A stretch of DNA of 63,227 nt, filler included. It is 5 parts of 5 records of this genome, joined end to end, with 100 filler letters (N's around TTAATTAATTAA, not from the genome) between each part and the next. Parts side by side here need not be neighbours in the genome. Positions count along the whole stretch, not along the records: positions 13,140 to 23,018 come from SRR31156797_7223; positions 23,119 to 33,513 come from SRR31156797_7230; 3 more parts are not named here. One strand, written 5' to 3'. The position numbers and the translations under genes are program-made. The notes below the pieces were generated by a model that made no database searches, was not told where the DNA came from, and saw only the letters and a list, made by a program, of their open reading frames with translations. Numbering within the stretch: the first letter of the stretch is position 1; each line of letters opens with the position of its first letter. Positions 19,851 to 30,636 of the stretch are shown here, one piece after another.

Positions 19851-19885
19851 AAAAGCTTGTCACAAATATTGGCGAGCTTTTTTTT
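19851..19885. terminator. Probable bidirectional terminator
   Basis: AAAAGCTTGTCA...TGGCGAGCTTTTTTTT between convergent genes. Confidence 0.65.
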
Positions 19886-19925
19886 GCTCCTATTTCGCAT
19901 TCAGAGGATTAAAGTTAGTTACCGT

Positions 19926-20828
19926 TTATAAAACAGTACCCAAAGTAATTAGCAAAATACCGGTTAATATTCCGACGAGGTATATGCCTTTTTTCTTTAG
20001 GTTTTGCTCCTTAAAAAGTAATCCCCCAATTACAAATGCAACCAAAACACTACCTCGTCGAAGTGCTGAAATTATCGATATCAATGCTTCCTCGTTGCTT
20101 AAGGCGTAAAAATAAAGGTAGTCGGCAATTATCAGGAAAAGCCCAATCATTGGAATGGTCCACCGCCATTCGAAATGAATATTTTTGCGTTTACGAATGG
20201 GCTCGTTAATTAATACAAAAGGAAACAGAATAAGTACCTGGTAAACCGAAAACCAGGCTTGAACAGCTACCCTGTCAATACGTTGAAGTATAAATTTGTC
20301 GTACAATCCGCTGGCGGCACCAAGTAGCGTTCCGCAAATTATAAAGAATATCCATTTGTTTTTCTTGAATTCAATACCTTCCAGTCTTCCTGCAGTTGAA
20401 AACAGGTAAAAAAAGCAAAGCGTAATGGCTATTCCAATCCACTGGTAAAGGTTCAACCTTTCGTGAAAGATAATCAGTGCACCAATTAGAGTCCATAACG
20501 GACCTGTAGCGCGAATAGGTGCAACAATGGTAATGGGTAAATGTTTAAGTGCAAAAAATGCAAGTACCCAGCTTGAAACAACAATAGCCGATTTAATAAT
20601 TACCTGTCCGTGCTCGGCAGCCGTTAGTTTCGGAACAAACAAACCGGAGTTCTCCAATAATTCGGGAGCAAAACGGGATAACAAAATAAAAGGTGTAAAT
20701 AGCAATGCGCTTGTAACGGTCGAAAAAAACAATACCGGCATAACTGCGTTGTTGTTTACCGATTGTTTTTTTAAAATGTCGTAAATGCCTAAAAACAGTG
20801 CCGATGCTAATCCAAATAATGCCCACAT
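19926..20828 (-). CDS. EamA/DMT-family transporter
   Basis: About 10 TMs in two repeats; FFALKHLPITIVAPIRATGP; GGLLFKE. Confidence 0.88.
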   Translation of the reverse strand: MWALFGLASALFLGIYDILKKQSVNNNAVMPVLFFSTVTSALLFTPFILLSRFAPELLENSGLFVPKLTAAEHGQVIIKSAIVVSSWVLAFFALKHLPITIVAPIRATGPLWTLIGALIIFHERLNLYQWIGIAITLCFFYLFSTAGRLEGIEFKKNKWIFFIICGTLLGAASGLYDKFILQRIDRVAVQAWFSVYQVLILFPFVLINEPIRKRKNIHFEWRWTIPMIGLFLIIADYLYFYALSNEEALISIISALRRGSVLVAFVIGGLLFKEQNLKKKGIYLVGILTGILLITLGTVL

Positions 20829-20845
20829 AACTTTTATTGAGCCGG

Positions 20846-20853
20846 CAAATGTA
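20846..20853 (-). promoter_or_regulatory. Bacteroidota -7 promoter element
   Basis: TACATTTG on the minus strand about 18 bp upstream of the EamA start. Confidence 0.55.
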
Positions 20854-21052
20854 CATGTTTAGCCTGAGTTGAATATTTCCTAAAAGTTATGCTTTTTAGT
20901 ATTATCTAATTCTTCTGGAGAGAAAATTTTACTGGATAGTACGGCATTGTGAGACAGGCATTCAGCGAAATCTATATTTCATTGTTATTTTTGATGACTT
21001 ATTAAAAACCAATCTGTCTTTTTATTGTTTGAAAGTTTGTAATATTTACAGA

Positions 21053-21286
21053 ATGAAATTATTTGAACAGAAAAAGCTGTCTTTGAGCTTTTTACTTTTA
21101 GGAGCTGTAGGTGGTTTTTTGTATTGGAAATATGTGGGGTGTTTAAGCGGAACCTGTCCAATAAAATCAGTTTGGTATTGGAGTACCCTGTGGGGGGCTG
21201 TAATTGGTTACCTGGTTGGAGACATGCTAAACGATGTTATTCAGAAACGAAAGAAAAGGAAGGAAAAGGATGCTGGCGAGATTTGA
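21053..21286 (+). CDS. DUF6132-family small membrane protein
   Basis: GAVGGFLYWKYVGCLSGTCPI; overlaps thioredoxin start. Confidence 0.75.
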   Translation: MKLFEQKKLSLSFLLLGAVGGFLYWKYVGCLSGTCPIKSVWYWSTLWGAVIGYLVGDMLNDVIQKRKKRKEKDAGEI

Positions 21287-21569
21287 GAATATAATAGGTT
21301 GTAACCGCCCTGTTTTGGTTGATTTTTATGCCGATTGGTGTGGCCCGTGTAAACAAATACCACCTATTTTAAAACAGCTAAAAGATGAACTAAAAGATCA
21401 GGTTAAGATTATTAAGGTTGACGTGGATAAAAACCCGAGTATTGCATCAAAATACCAAATAAGGAGTATACCTACTCTGATGTTATTTAAAGATGGAGAT
21501 TTAAAGTGGAGTGGGATGGGAGTGCGTTCTGCAAACGAGTTGAAAAGTATTGTAGACCACTTTTTATAA
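21270..21569 (+). CDS. trxA: Thioredoxin
   Basis: PVLVDFYADWCGPCK and IRSIPTLMLFKDG. Confidence 0.93.
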   Translation: MLARFENIIGCNRPVLVDFYADWCGPCKQIPPILKQLKDELKDQVKIIKVDVDKNPSIASKYQIRSIPTLMLFKDGDLKWSGMGVRSANELKSIVDHFL

Positions 21570-21578
21570 TTCTTTTTC

Positions 21579-21733
21579 ATGACAGACATACAAATCAATT
21601 CTATTCTTCCATATTATAATTTTATTCAAAAATATTTCCATTTATTCCGGTACAATTAGCTTTTGTTCTGGAGAAACTTGGTGGATTAGCCGGTAAAAAT
21701 ATATTGGATATTGGTTGTGCAACAGGAGAATGT
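21579..21733 (+). pseudogene. N-terminal remnant of a class I SAM-dependent methyltransferase
   Basis: MTDIQINSILPYYNF, frameshift, then IFPFIPVQLAFVLEKLGGLAGKNILDIGCATGE; similarity ends after motif I. Confidence 0.7.
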
Positions 21734-22042
21734 TATTTAGGCATCAACTTTCCTTTTTCTCACTACTCATGTTTTTTTCTTTGTTCATTTGTTAATTCCC
21801 TATCTGCGACAGGCAGGCATTTAGTCTTAACCCTATGTACTTCCAGTGCATTGTGGTTTAGTTCATAGTTTTTAGCTATTAGATGTATTATAAAACAACT
21901 TGTTTTCCCAAGGCATTAGTTTTTAGATTTATAGAATCTTTTGCCTAAGTTCAATTCTTAATACTAGCTTAAAACTGGAAATTTGAATATTTAGCATAAA
22001 CGGCCGTATCTTGAATACAATTTAACACACAAATTCAAAAAT

Positions 22043-23018
22043 ATGGAACAGCTTCGAGGCACATTAATGCAATACTTTCATTGGTACACTCCGAATGACG
22101 GTGCACTTTGGAATAAACTTACAGGTGAAGCAGAAGAGTTAAAAAGTAAAGGTTTTACCGCAGTTTGGTTACCACCAGCCTATAAAGGAATGGGTGGAAC
22201 AGACGATGTTGGCTACGGTGTTTACGATCTTTTCGACTGTGGTGAATTCAATCAGAAAAACACAGTAAGAACCAAGTACGGAACAAAAGACGAATATGAA
22301 AAAGCCATTGAGGAAGCTCAGGACAAAGGACTTCAGGTTTATGCCGATGTGGTGCTAAACCACAAAATGGGAGCTGATGGCAAGGAAATGGTTCAGGCCG
22401 CTATTGTTGATCCACATAACCGAAACCAAATGTTAAGTAATTTGCATAATAAAGATTTGTGGACTGCGTATGATTTTCCGGGCAGAGGTAGTAAATATTC
22501 GAGTATGAAATGGCGTTGGTGGCATTTCGATGCAACAAAAGAATACGGAAACATTTACAAATTGAAAGATAAACATTTTGAAACCCATGTTGATCACGAG
22601 AATGTGAATTATGATTTTCTTATGGGCTGCGACCTTGATTTTGATGTGGAGCAAGTACGTGGTGAAATTCATTACTGGGGAAAATGGTACCTGGATACTT
22701 TTAAGGTGGATGGTTTTCGAATTGACGCCATCAAACACATACGTTCTTTCTTTTTTAAACACTGGCTCGACGATATGCGCAACCATGTTGGGAAAAATCT
22801 GTTTGCCGTTGGAGAATACTGGTCACCAGATATGTCACGGCTTCGAAATTATATCGATCAAACCGAAGGTAAAATGGCCTTGTTTGATGCCCCCTTGCAT
22901 TATAACTTTCATTATGCCTCAAAAGCAGGTGCTTCATACGATATGGGATCAATTCTGAACAATACGGTGGTTCAGGAGAATCCATGTCTGGCAGTTACTT
23001 TGGTTGAAAATCATGATA
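22043..23018 (+). CDS. Alpha-amylase, GH13 (AmyS/AmyA type), 3' truncated
   Basis: TLMQYFHWY, DVGYGVYDLFD, DVVLNHKMG, DGFRIDAIKHI, VGEYW, LVENHD. Confidence 0.95.
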
Positions 23019-23118
23019 NNNNNNNNNNNNNNNNNNNNNNNNNNNNNNNNNNNNNNNNNNNNTTAATTAATTAANNNNNNNNNNNNNNNNNNNNNNNNNN
23101 NNNNNNNNNNNNNNNNNN
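23019..23118. other. Artificial contig spacer
   Basis: N44-TTAATTAATTAA-N44. Confidence 0.98.
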
Positions 23119-23211
23119 GAATTGGACCTGGATACAAAGAATAAGATCAGTCATCGTGGAAAGGCAATTGATGCCTTTATTCATAAACTGAAAGAACTTA
23201 ATCATATTTAA
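23119..23211 (+). CDS. rdgB: 3' end of non-canonical purine NTP pyrophosphatase (RdgB/HAM1)
   Basis: ELDLDTKNKISHRGKAIDAF; SHRGKA signature. Confidence 0.85.
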   Translation, partial: ELDLDTKNKISHRGKAIDAFIHKLKELNHI

Positions 23212-23250
23212 GGGAGGTATGCCCGGACCAAATTGCTAAAGAATTGATGT

Positions 23251-26200
23251 TTGAATAAAAAAGAGGCAGTTATTAAAAGAGCGTTTCAGAAGTCACGCCT
23301 AATATTTGGTCTGGTCATGATCATAGCATTTTCCCACATGTGGGGGGAAAGCGGTGCTTATTCACCTGAATTTACATTCAAATATCAGATCCCGGGTTTT
23401 ACATCGGTTTTTCCAAGTTCTCCTAAGGGGTTTACTCGCGGATATGAACAAAACGAAAATCCGATAAGCGTAAATTTTCCCAAATGGTTTTCAAATATTA
23501 AAATGCACCAAGGTGTCAATGATTCAGGAAATGTTCTGATCGTGTCAGAGCGCATTGGTGAACATGACCTGTATTCTCCAAGATATGTCCCTTTTTCAGA
23601 GTATTTTGTTTTCAAGAAAAGCTATGATCTGGATAAACTCTGGTATAATAGAGTAGCCTTAACAGACAGTCTGTTTTTTATTGATAAATTAAAAGAACAA
23701 CAAAGCAGTCAATCACTTGAGATCATCGGGGCAGATATTGCAGGTCAGAGAGTTGCTTTGAGAATACGCGGAAGAATATCCATAACCGGTAAATATAATC
23801 AGCAGAACAACTCGATCATGGCCACCGGAAACATGGAAAATGAACAAAAAAGTTTTTTAATGGACCAGACCCAGCAGTTTACAATCGAAGGGTCGATCGG
23901 TGATCGAATTACGATCTCTATTGATGAGGATAGCGAGCGTGATTTTGATTTTGAAAATGCCATTAAGATCAATTATAAGGGCAAAGAGGACGAGATCGTC
24001 CAAAGAGCGAATTTTGGTAATATCGGTTTATCTTTGCCGGGAACTCAGTTTGTGACCGGATCATCATCATCCAGCGGTCTTTTCGGTGGAAAAGCGATCA
24101 TGAAATTAGGTCCTATTGATGTGACGGCTATCGCCTCATACGAAAAAAAAGACAGCAAAAAGAAATCCTGGGGTGGCGGTTCCGACGATGACGGCGGTAC
24201 GAGTGTATTGATCTATGATTATGAGTATAAACGCAATACATATTATTACATCGATGAATTATATCGTAAAAATATGTACCCTGTGAACTATGAATCGGGA
24301 ACATTTTCATACAGTTTTGATGATCAGATCGTTTATTGGGATCTATATGTGAGTTGTAATGAAAGGGAAGATGAAAAGATCAAAGCCATTGCATATGTTG
24401 ATATTGCTTCAGACGGTACTCCCACAAGAGTAAGTGAAAATGCCGAGGAAGATGTTGCGGATTCGATCTATTTTAAACGATTGGAACCGTCTACGGAAAC
24501 CAATCCTTATGGTGATTACACGATACAGGAGGCATTGGGCTATATCCGCCTGAACATGGGATTGAGTGATGATAACATTCTGGCTATAGCATATCGCACC
24601 AATGATGGGCGACAATATGGTGATATCAACACCGGTTCATATTTAAAAGTGATCAAAGCCGAAAACCCCAAACCTTCGTATGTTACGTGGGATCTTGAGT
24701 GGAAGAATGTTTATGATCTAAAAGCCAGGAACATTGATGAAGATGGATTTGATCTAAAAATATTCATTAATGACAACAATCCCCGTGAACTTCATTCGAG
24801 TGGTGATCCTTATATCAAATATTTCGGTCTTGATAACTATGATCAAAGCGGGTCTTATGATAACAGCGACGGCAAGATAGATGTAAAGCCGGACGGCCTT
24901 TTTGTTGATCTGGTTGCCGGTGAATTATGGATGCCATATTCGCGACCTTTTCAGGCACGACCCGAGGGCGACCAGACAGATGGTGTTTATAATAATAATT
25001 TGATCTCAGCCAGTGATGAGAATCTACCCTCGGCAGAGAAGATATATACAAGCTCATATACCGATCCGGAAAGAAAAGAAAAAAAATACTATATAGAAGT
25101 AAAATATACGAACAGAAGTTCTACGATCGATCTTGGTGAAATGTTCATTATTGAAAATAGTGAAGAAATTTTGATCAATGGAAAACTTATGACCAAGGGC
25201 GTAGACTATGATATCGATTACTTTTCCGGCTTGATCACGCTGAAATCAGCAGAAGCTATGGATCCCGATGCAAGTATTGATATCAATTATGAAACAGAAC
25301 AGTTATTTGGCGGTATTGGTGAACAGAAGCTAATGGCGGGTATGAGGGCAGAGTATCAGATCAGTGAAAAAGCATTTATTGGTGCTACAGCCATGTATTA
25401 TAACCGCTCGGTTTTGGATGATAAGAACGTAAATATTGGCGATGAACCGTTCCAGAACTTTATTTGGGATGTGAATGGTGAATTTGAATATGATCTTGAT
25501 TGGTTGGACAGGGCGATGAATGCCTTGCCATTTATTCACGTAAAACAAGCAAGCCAGATCAAAGTAAGTGGTGAGGTTGCTCAAATACTTCCTAACCCCA
25601 ATACTATTGATAATGAAGAAAGCGGGGACTTTAACGGTGTGGCAAAACTTGATGATTTTGAATCTGCCAGTCAAGAAACACCGATGAATGTCAATTTCCA
25701 GAAATGGACCCATGCAAGTAAACCGATCAATACATTCTTTGCTTCGAGTTTTAAAGAGCGTGGATTTTTATTCTGGTACAATCCTTTCTATGTCGGTTCG
25801 AACGGGACTAAGGTATTCGGCATGTATACCAAATACATTTGGCCGCAGAAAGAGACCACCGAAACCGATCAATATACCAACGTACTTTCTGTTGTTCTGG
25901 ATCCTGAAATAAATGGTATAACTGGGCATGAAACACAACATGATCTACGTCAGATATGGGGCGGTATTATGCAGCCTGTCTATATGTATGATCAGAGCAA
26001 TAGTAAATATATTGAACTTTGGGTAAGAGGTGATAGAGGCCAATTACAGATCGATATCGGTGAGATCAGTGAAGATTGGTATAATGTAGATTATGATGTT
26101 AATGTCTCTGAAGAGGGCGACGGTCAAAAGAATTACGAAGATAAGGATTTGAACGGTAATTTACAGATAACGTCAGATTATACCGAAGATACGGGTATCA

Positions 26201-29200
26201 ACGGCCTGACAGATGAAGAAGAAATTGCACTAGGCTGGGATCCCTATATTGATAATTTTGATAAAGAAGGATATAAAGAGGGCGAAGTTCGTTTCTGTAA
26301 CGGTAGTGAAGATAATGCCGGCACGGACGGTATTCAACCCTACCCGGAAACAGAGGATATTGACAGGGACGGTAAGCTTGACCAGGCAAACAATTACTAT
26401 TCGTACAATCTTGATCTAAGCAATGAAGATTGGCTTGTTTCCGAAACACGTTTTGACAATGGGCGATTAACCGGTTGGAAGCAATATCGTATTCCACTGA
26501 CAGCCGTTATTGACAGTGTGGGTAAACCCAGTTTTGAGTCTGTTCGCATGATGCGTTTAAATGTTTTTGATATGGCTGATCAGGATACCATCCAATTTGC
26601 ATCCGTCTCCATTGTGGGAAATGAATGGCTTGAAGTTGGATTAGCTGATGAAGAATCTACTATTTATACAGTGGATGATGACAGATTTTTCATTACCGTT
26701 AAAAATTCAGATGAAGATGCCGATTATCAATCACCGCCGGGTATTAGCGGGCGTGAACAGATAGATCCTTTAGGTGGAGCGACCATCACGGAAAAAGAGC
26801 AAGCTCTTGTGCTGAATTTAGAGGGTTTGCGACCGGGAGAAACTGCATTGGCTGAAAAGATCATGCTTGAGAGCGAAACCCTTCTTATGTACAAAAAATT
26901 AAAAATGTTCGTTCATGGTCCAAGCGAATTAACAGATGATGAATCTCCGGTAAATCTATTTTTGCGTATCGGTCGCGGCGATATGACGGAATATTATGAA
27001 GTTGTAACAGAAGTATATGATGATTGGGATGAAAGAAATAATATTGAAATGATCTTTGAAGAGATCACACAATTAAAGATACTGACAGAATTTGACGGAA
27101 TAGAATATTTTTCATATGAAGATGGCGATATTAAAGAATATCACCCCATAGATGAAACCACAGGTGAATATACGGGGAAGATATTCAGGGTTGTGGGTAA
27201 TCCCTCCTTATCCAGAATTGAAAAAATGCAGCTAGGTGTAACAAATATCAGCTCTTATTATGATTATTCAGGAGAGATCTGGGTGAATGAAATGCGGGTC
27301 GTGGAAAGCAACAATGATCCGGGTATGGCCATGCGTGGTGACATGAACCTTAAATTGGGCGGCTTGATGAACCTGAACGTCAATGCTAAAAAAACCGATG
27401 CGGATTTCCGTCAGGTCAACCAGCAAATGTCGAGTTCGCTTAAAACAGCCGAGAGCTTTAATATCAACCTGAAAGTTAACGCAAATAAAATTTTTCCGGA
27501 TAAATGGAAAATTAAATTTCCGGTTGCCATGTCTCAGAGCCAATCGACTACAACACCGAAGTATTACCCGGGTTCAGATATTCTTCTTGGAGACGATCCG
27601 AATGACAGTTTAAAGGTAATAACACAACGTCAATCCGTAAATACATCACTGAGCCGTTCGGGCACTAAAAAAGATCCTTTTTTAACGCGTGTTTTGGTTA
27701 ATCCCGTAAGAGCCAGTTTCAACGCATCTCAATCAGAGAGCAGTAGTCTTGAAATTGCCTCTAGAGAAAACTTAACCATGTCCGGGGCTTTCGAATACAA
27801 TTTGTCCATAGATAAAGGAAAAGGTATACCATACCTTTCCTGGATCCCCTTTCTTGATGATAAAACAAAAGAAGACAGGTTCTACTGGAAACCCACATCT
27901 TTCAAATGGAAGATGAATATTTCTCATAAAAACGAGGATCGAATTTCAAGAACGACACAGGACACAAGTAGCAACTTTTCTTTTGGTATGACAAAGAATA
28001 TGAACATTGCTTTTAATCCTTTTAAAACCATGAAGATCACTTATGTTCGAACAAGCACAAGTGACCTTTATGATTACAAAGATGATGTGTGGAGCTTGTT
28101 CTCAGACCTGTCATATGACAGCTTGATGAATGGTGTGAATGTTGGTGATGTTACGTCTATAAGGGAAAATATAGCTATATCTTATGCGCCAATATTAGCC
28201 GACTGGTTAAAACCTCGCTTGAACTATAACTCAAATTATTCCTATCGTTCTCAGAAAGACCTATACTATGCCGGCGTGGGTGTTACAAGAAAATATTCTA
28301 TCGACCTGACCCTTTCACCGAAACAGATCTGGCAGACATATGAGAAGAAATTCAAAGCAATGGCAAGCAAAAAAACAGCTTCTCAAAATATAAAACCAAA
28401 GAAAAAAGCGCCCGCCAGACCCGAGCCCAAAATAAATAGAGAACAAGATGGTCCCCCAGAGGAAGAAAGACCAGCAAGCAAAATAACGGAAGTTCCTGAA
28501 CAAAAAGGAAAAAATACCCCAAAGAGACGAATTGCACCAAAGAAAAAGATCACCATGACGGAGGTCCTGGGTAGAATATCACCGATAAGATTTAATTTCA
28601 GTGATAATTTAAACAAAACAAATAGTGGTATTACCGGAAGCGATACCATAAAAATATATAAGGACGTATCATATAAATACAGATATGGCTTTGGAGATTA
28701 TTTTTATTTGCCGACCGGTTCTTTTGAAGGTAGTTTAAGCAGTCCGAACAACAATGACAGGAAATTGTCTTTGTCAATTTCTTCCGGAATACAGTTGACA
28801 AAATCCATCAAGCTTACATTGGGTTATAAACAAAACACATCGTCAGGACCGCAATACCAATTTAAAACATCCGATGATTATTATTTTGATGAACTAACTG
28901 ATATTATCGCTTATGGCGATACACTTATTCTGATCAAATCAGATTCTTCGGCAAGCAGAGGTTATTTACCCTTGGGAGAAACCGGAAAAGACGGTTTTGT
29001 TGTCCCGGATTATTCTTTGAATTGGCAGATAACCCCAAGTCAGTATAAATGGACGAACGGAAAGCTTGATTTTATTAAAAAGATCAATATTCAGCATAAA
29101 ATGTCTGGTAAAGAAGTTACAAGCTATAAATTAAGAACAGATGCCCAGCCATATTATATGGAAAGTTCTTCTTCTACCTATACCTTGAACTTTACACCTC

Positions 29201-29700
29201 TCGTAAAAGCATCGTTCACTTTTGCCGGAGACCTAAGGGCGGATATCGGTTATAATAAAACCATTCGCATAGATCATTCCGGTGATATGGAAATTGATTA
29301 CGAGAATACCAGTATCGTTAGAACTTATCAGGATAATATGACCCTGAACGTATCCTATAATTACAACAAAGGCCTGACGATCCCCGTACCCTTTTTGAAG
29401 AATATCAAGGTGATCAATATGAAAAATGAGATCGCATTCTCATTACAAGGCAAATATGGTTTAAATAAAAAAATCGTCAAGAACAAAGGGGATCTGGAAT
29501 TTAGTGAACCAAAGGATTTCAGGATCAATTGGGAATTGGAGCCTCAGATCACCTATCGATTCAGTAAAAATATTGACGGAAGATTATTCTTTAAATATGG
29601 CCAGCGGATCGATATGACGCAGCAGGATATGGAAGGTGAAAATAAATTTGACGATTATAAGGATTTTGGCATAACCGTAACGATCAGGATCAGCGGGTAA
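23251..29700 (+). CDS. sprA: SprA/Sov-family type IX secretion translocon
   Basis: 2149 aa; EGSIGDRI, FDFENAIKINYKGKEDEIVQ, GLFGGK, WKNVYDL, GVDYDIDYFSG, DDFES, DIGEISED, ETEDID, GWKQYRIPL, GEIWVNEMR; start codon uncertain. Confidence 0.9.
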   Translation: MNKKEAVIKRAFQKSRLIFGLVMIIAFSHMWGESGAYSPEFTFKYQIPGFTSVFPSSPKGFTRGYEQNENPISVNFPKWFSNIKMHQGVNDSGNVLIVSERIGEHDLYSPRYVPFSEYFVFKKSYDLDKLWYNRVALTDSLFFIDKLKEQQSSQSLEIIGADIAGQRVALRIRGRISITGKYNQQNNSIMATGNMENEQKSFLMDQTQQFTIEGSIGDRITISIDEDSERDFDFENAIKINYKGKEDEIVQRANFGNIGLSLPGTQFVTGSSSSSGLFGGKAIMKLGPIDVTAIASYEKKDSKKKSWGGGSDDDGGTSVLIYDYEYKRNTYYYIDELYRKNMYPVNYESGTFSYSFDDQIVYWDLYVSCNEREDEKIKAIAYVDIASDGTPTRVSENAEEDVADSIYFKRLEPSTETNPYGDYTIQEALGYIRLNMGLSDDNILAIAYRTNDGRQYGDINTGSYLKVIKAENPKPSYVTWDLEWKNVYDLKARNIDEDGFDLKIFINDNNPRELHSSGDPYIKYFGLDNYDQSGSYDNSDGKIDVKPDGLFVDLVAGELWMPYSRPFQARPEGDQTDGVYNNNLISASDENLPSAEKIYTSSYTDPERKEKKYYIEVKYTNRSSTIDLGEMFIIENSEEILINGKLMTKGVDYDIDYFSGLITLKSAEAMDPDASIDINYETEQLFGGIGEQKLMAGMRAEYQISEKAFIGATAMYYNRSVLDDKNVNIGDEPFQNFIWDVNGEFEYDLDWLDRAMNALPFIHVKQASQIKVSGEVAQILPNPNTIDNEESGDFNGVAKLDDFESASQETPMNVNFQKWTHASKPINTFFASSFKERGFLFWYNPFYVGSNGTKVFGMYTKYIWPQKETTETDQYTNVLSVVLDPEINGITGHETQHDLRQIWGGIMQPVYMYDQSNSKYIELWVRGDRGQLQIDIGEISEDWYNVDYDVNVSEEGDGQKNYEDKDLNGNLQITSDYTEDTGINGLTDEEEIALGWDPYIDNFDKEGYKEGEVRFCNGSEDNAGTDGIQPYPETEDIDRDGKLDQANNYYSYNLDLSNEDWLVSETRFDNGRLTGWKQYRIPLTAVIDSVGKPSFESVRMMRLNVFDMADQDTIQFASVSIVGNEWLEVGLADEESTIYTVDDDRFFITVKNSDEDADYQSPPGISGREQIDPLGGATITEKEQALVLNLEGLRPGETALAEKIMLESETLLMYKKLKMFVHGPSELTDDESPVNLFLRIGRGDMTEYYEVVTEVYDDWDERNNIEMIFEEITQLKILTEFDGIEYFSYEDGDIKEYHPIDETTGEYTGKIFRVVGNPSLSRIEKMQLGVTNISSYYDYSGEIWVNEMRVVESNNDPGMAMRGDMNLKLGGLMNLNVNAKKTDADFRQVNQQMSSSLKTAESFNINLKVNANKIFPDKWKIKFPVAMSQSQSTTTPKYYPGSDILLGDDPNDSLKVITQRQSVNTSLSRSGTKKDPFLTRVLVNPVRASFNASQSESSSLEIASRENLTMSGAFEYNLSIDKGKGIPYLSWIPFLDDKTKEDRFYWKPTSFKWKMNISHKNEDRISRTTQDTSSNFSFGMTKNMNIAFNPFKTMKITYVRTSTSDLYDYKDDVWSLFSDLSYDSLMNGVNVGDVTSIRENIAISYAPILADWLKPRLNYNSNYSYRSQKDLYYAGVGVTRKYSIDLTLSPKQIWQTYEKKFKAMASKKTASQNIKPKKKAPARPEPKINREQDGPPEEERPASKITEVPEQKGKNTPKRRIAPKKKITMTEVLGRISPIRFNFSDNLNKTNSGITGSDTIKIYKDVSYKYRYGFGDYFYLPTGSFEGSLSSPNNNDRKLSLSISSGIQLTKSIKLTLGYKQNTSSGPQYQFKTSDDYYFDELTDIIAYGDTLILIKSDSSASRGYLPLGETGKDGFVVPDYSLNWQITPSQYKWTNGKLDFIKKINIQHKMSGKEVTSYKLRTDAQPYYMESSSSTYTLNFTPLVKASFTFAGDLRADIGYNKTIRIDHSGDMEIDYENTSIVRTYQDNMTLNVSYNYNKGLTIPVPFLKNIKVINMKNEIAFSLQGKYGLNKKIVKNKGDLEFSEPKDFRINWELEPQITYRFSKNIDGRLFFKYGQRIDMTQQDMEGENKFDDYKDFGITVTIRISG

Positions 29701-29704
29701 TAAT

Positions 29705-30598
29705 ATGAAACGCATTGTTTTGATTTTAGTGGTTTTGTGTGGATATCTATTTGCCGGTATAGGCGAATTCAATCCACATCGATCGTTTTCATATTTGTTG
29801 GAACAGGTCAATATGGGACCACGATATCCCGGAAGTGAAGGTCAACTGACATGCCGAGATTGGCTGGTCGAAAAATCCAATGATTATGCCGATACCGTTA
29901 TCGTTCAGGAATTTAAAGCCTATCGCCCTGACAATAAGCAAACAGTTGATGCTTATAATATTATTGCACGATTCTCTCCGGAAAAAGAAAAACGCGTAAT
30001 GCTTAGCGCACACTGGGATACACGCCCGATATCCGATATGGATCTGTTCAATTACAAAACTCCTGTGCCGGGTGCCAATGATGGCGCAAGCGGTGTTGCC
30101 GTTTTGATAGAAATTATGAGTCTTGTATCAACGCTTGACTTTGGGCTTGATATTGTTTTCTGGGATGCGGAAGATATGGGTATTGCCAATAGTGGCAAAT
30201 ACTTTTGCCAAGGATCGGAATATTATGCGAATAATCTAATTCATCCTGTGCCGGAAAAAGGTATTCTGATCGATATGATCGGTGATGCCGATCTAGTATT
30301 GCCTATCGAGGGAAACAGTATGAGATATGCTCCGGAGCTGGTAAATGAAATATGGGGAATAGCCCATCAACTGGGTTATGGCCAAGTTTACCATAAGAGG
30401 ATCGGCGTTGAAGTATTTGATGATCACGTGCCATTGAATATTACCGCAGGCATCCCTACGATAGATATCATAGATTTTGATTATCGTTATAATGGCAGGA
30501 ATATCTGGCATACACCACGGGACCTGCCGGCTCATTGTTCTCCCCAGAGTCTAAAATACATCGGCGACGTACTGCTTGAATGGTTAAAGCACCAATAA
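29705..30598 (+). CDS. M28-family protein, glutaminyl cyclase-like
   Basis: SAHWDTRP, GANDGASGVAVL, WDAEDMG, IDMIG, DDHVPL, IDIIDF, WHT; signal peptide. Confidence 0.85.
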   Translation: MKRIVLILVVLCGYLFAGIGEFNPHRSFSYLLEQVNMGPRYPGSEGQLTCRDWLVEKSNDYADTVIVQEFKAYRPDNKQTVDAYNIIARFSPEKEKRVMLSAHWDTRPISDMDLFNYKTPVPGANDGASGVAVLIEIMSLVSTLDFGLDIVFWDAEDMGIANSGKYFCQGSEYYANNLIHPVPEKGILIDMIGDADLVLPIEGNSMRYAPELVNEIWGIAHQLGYGQVYHKRIGVEVFDDHVPLNITAGIPTIDIIDFDYRYNGRNIWHTPRDLPAHCSPQSLKYIGDVLLEWLKHQ

Positions 30599-30636
30599 TT
30601 ATTGTACAGTAGATATATAATTATTATATTATCAAG

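Noticed and set aside
21797-21820. CCCTATCTGCGACAGGCAGGC, similar to REP-like palindromes
   Set aside because: Single degenerate copy; insufficient support
1389-29700. T9SS cargo (cyanophycinase) and T9SS translocon (sprA) in the same window
   Set aside because: They lie on different contigs, probably from different organisms, so no functional link can be drawn
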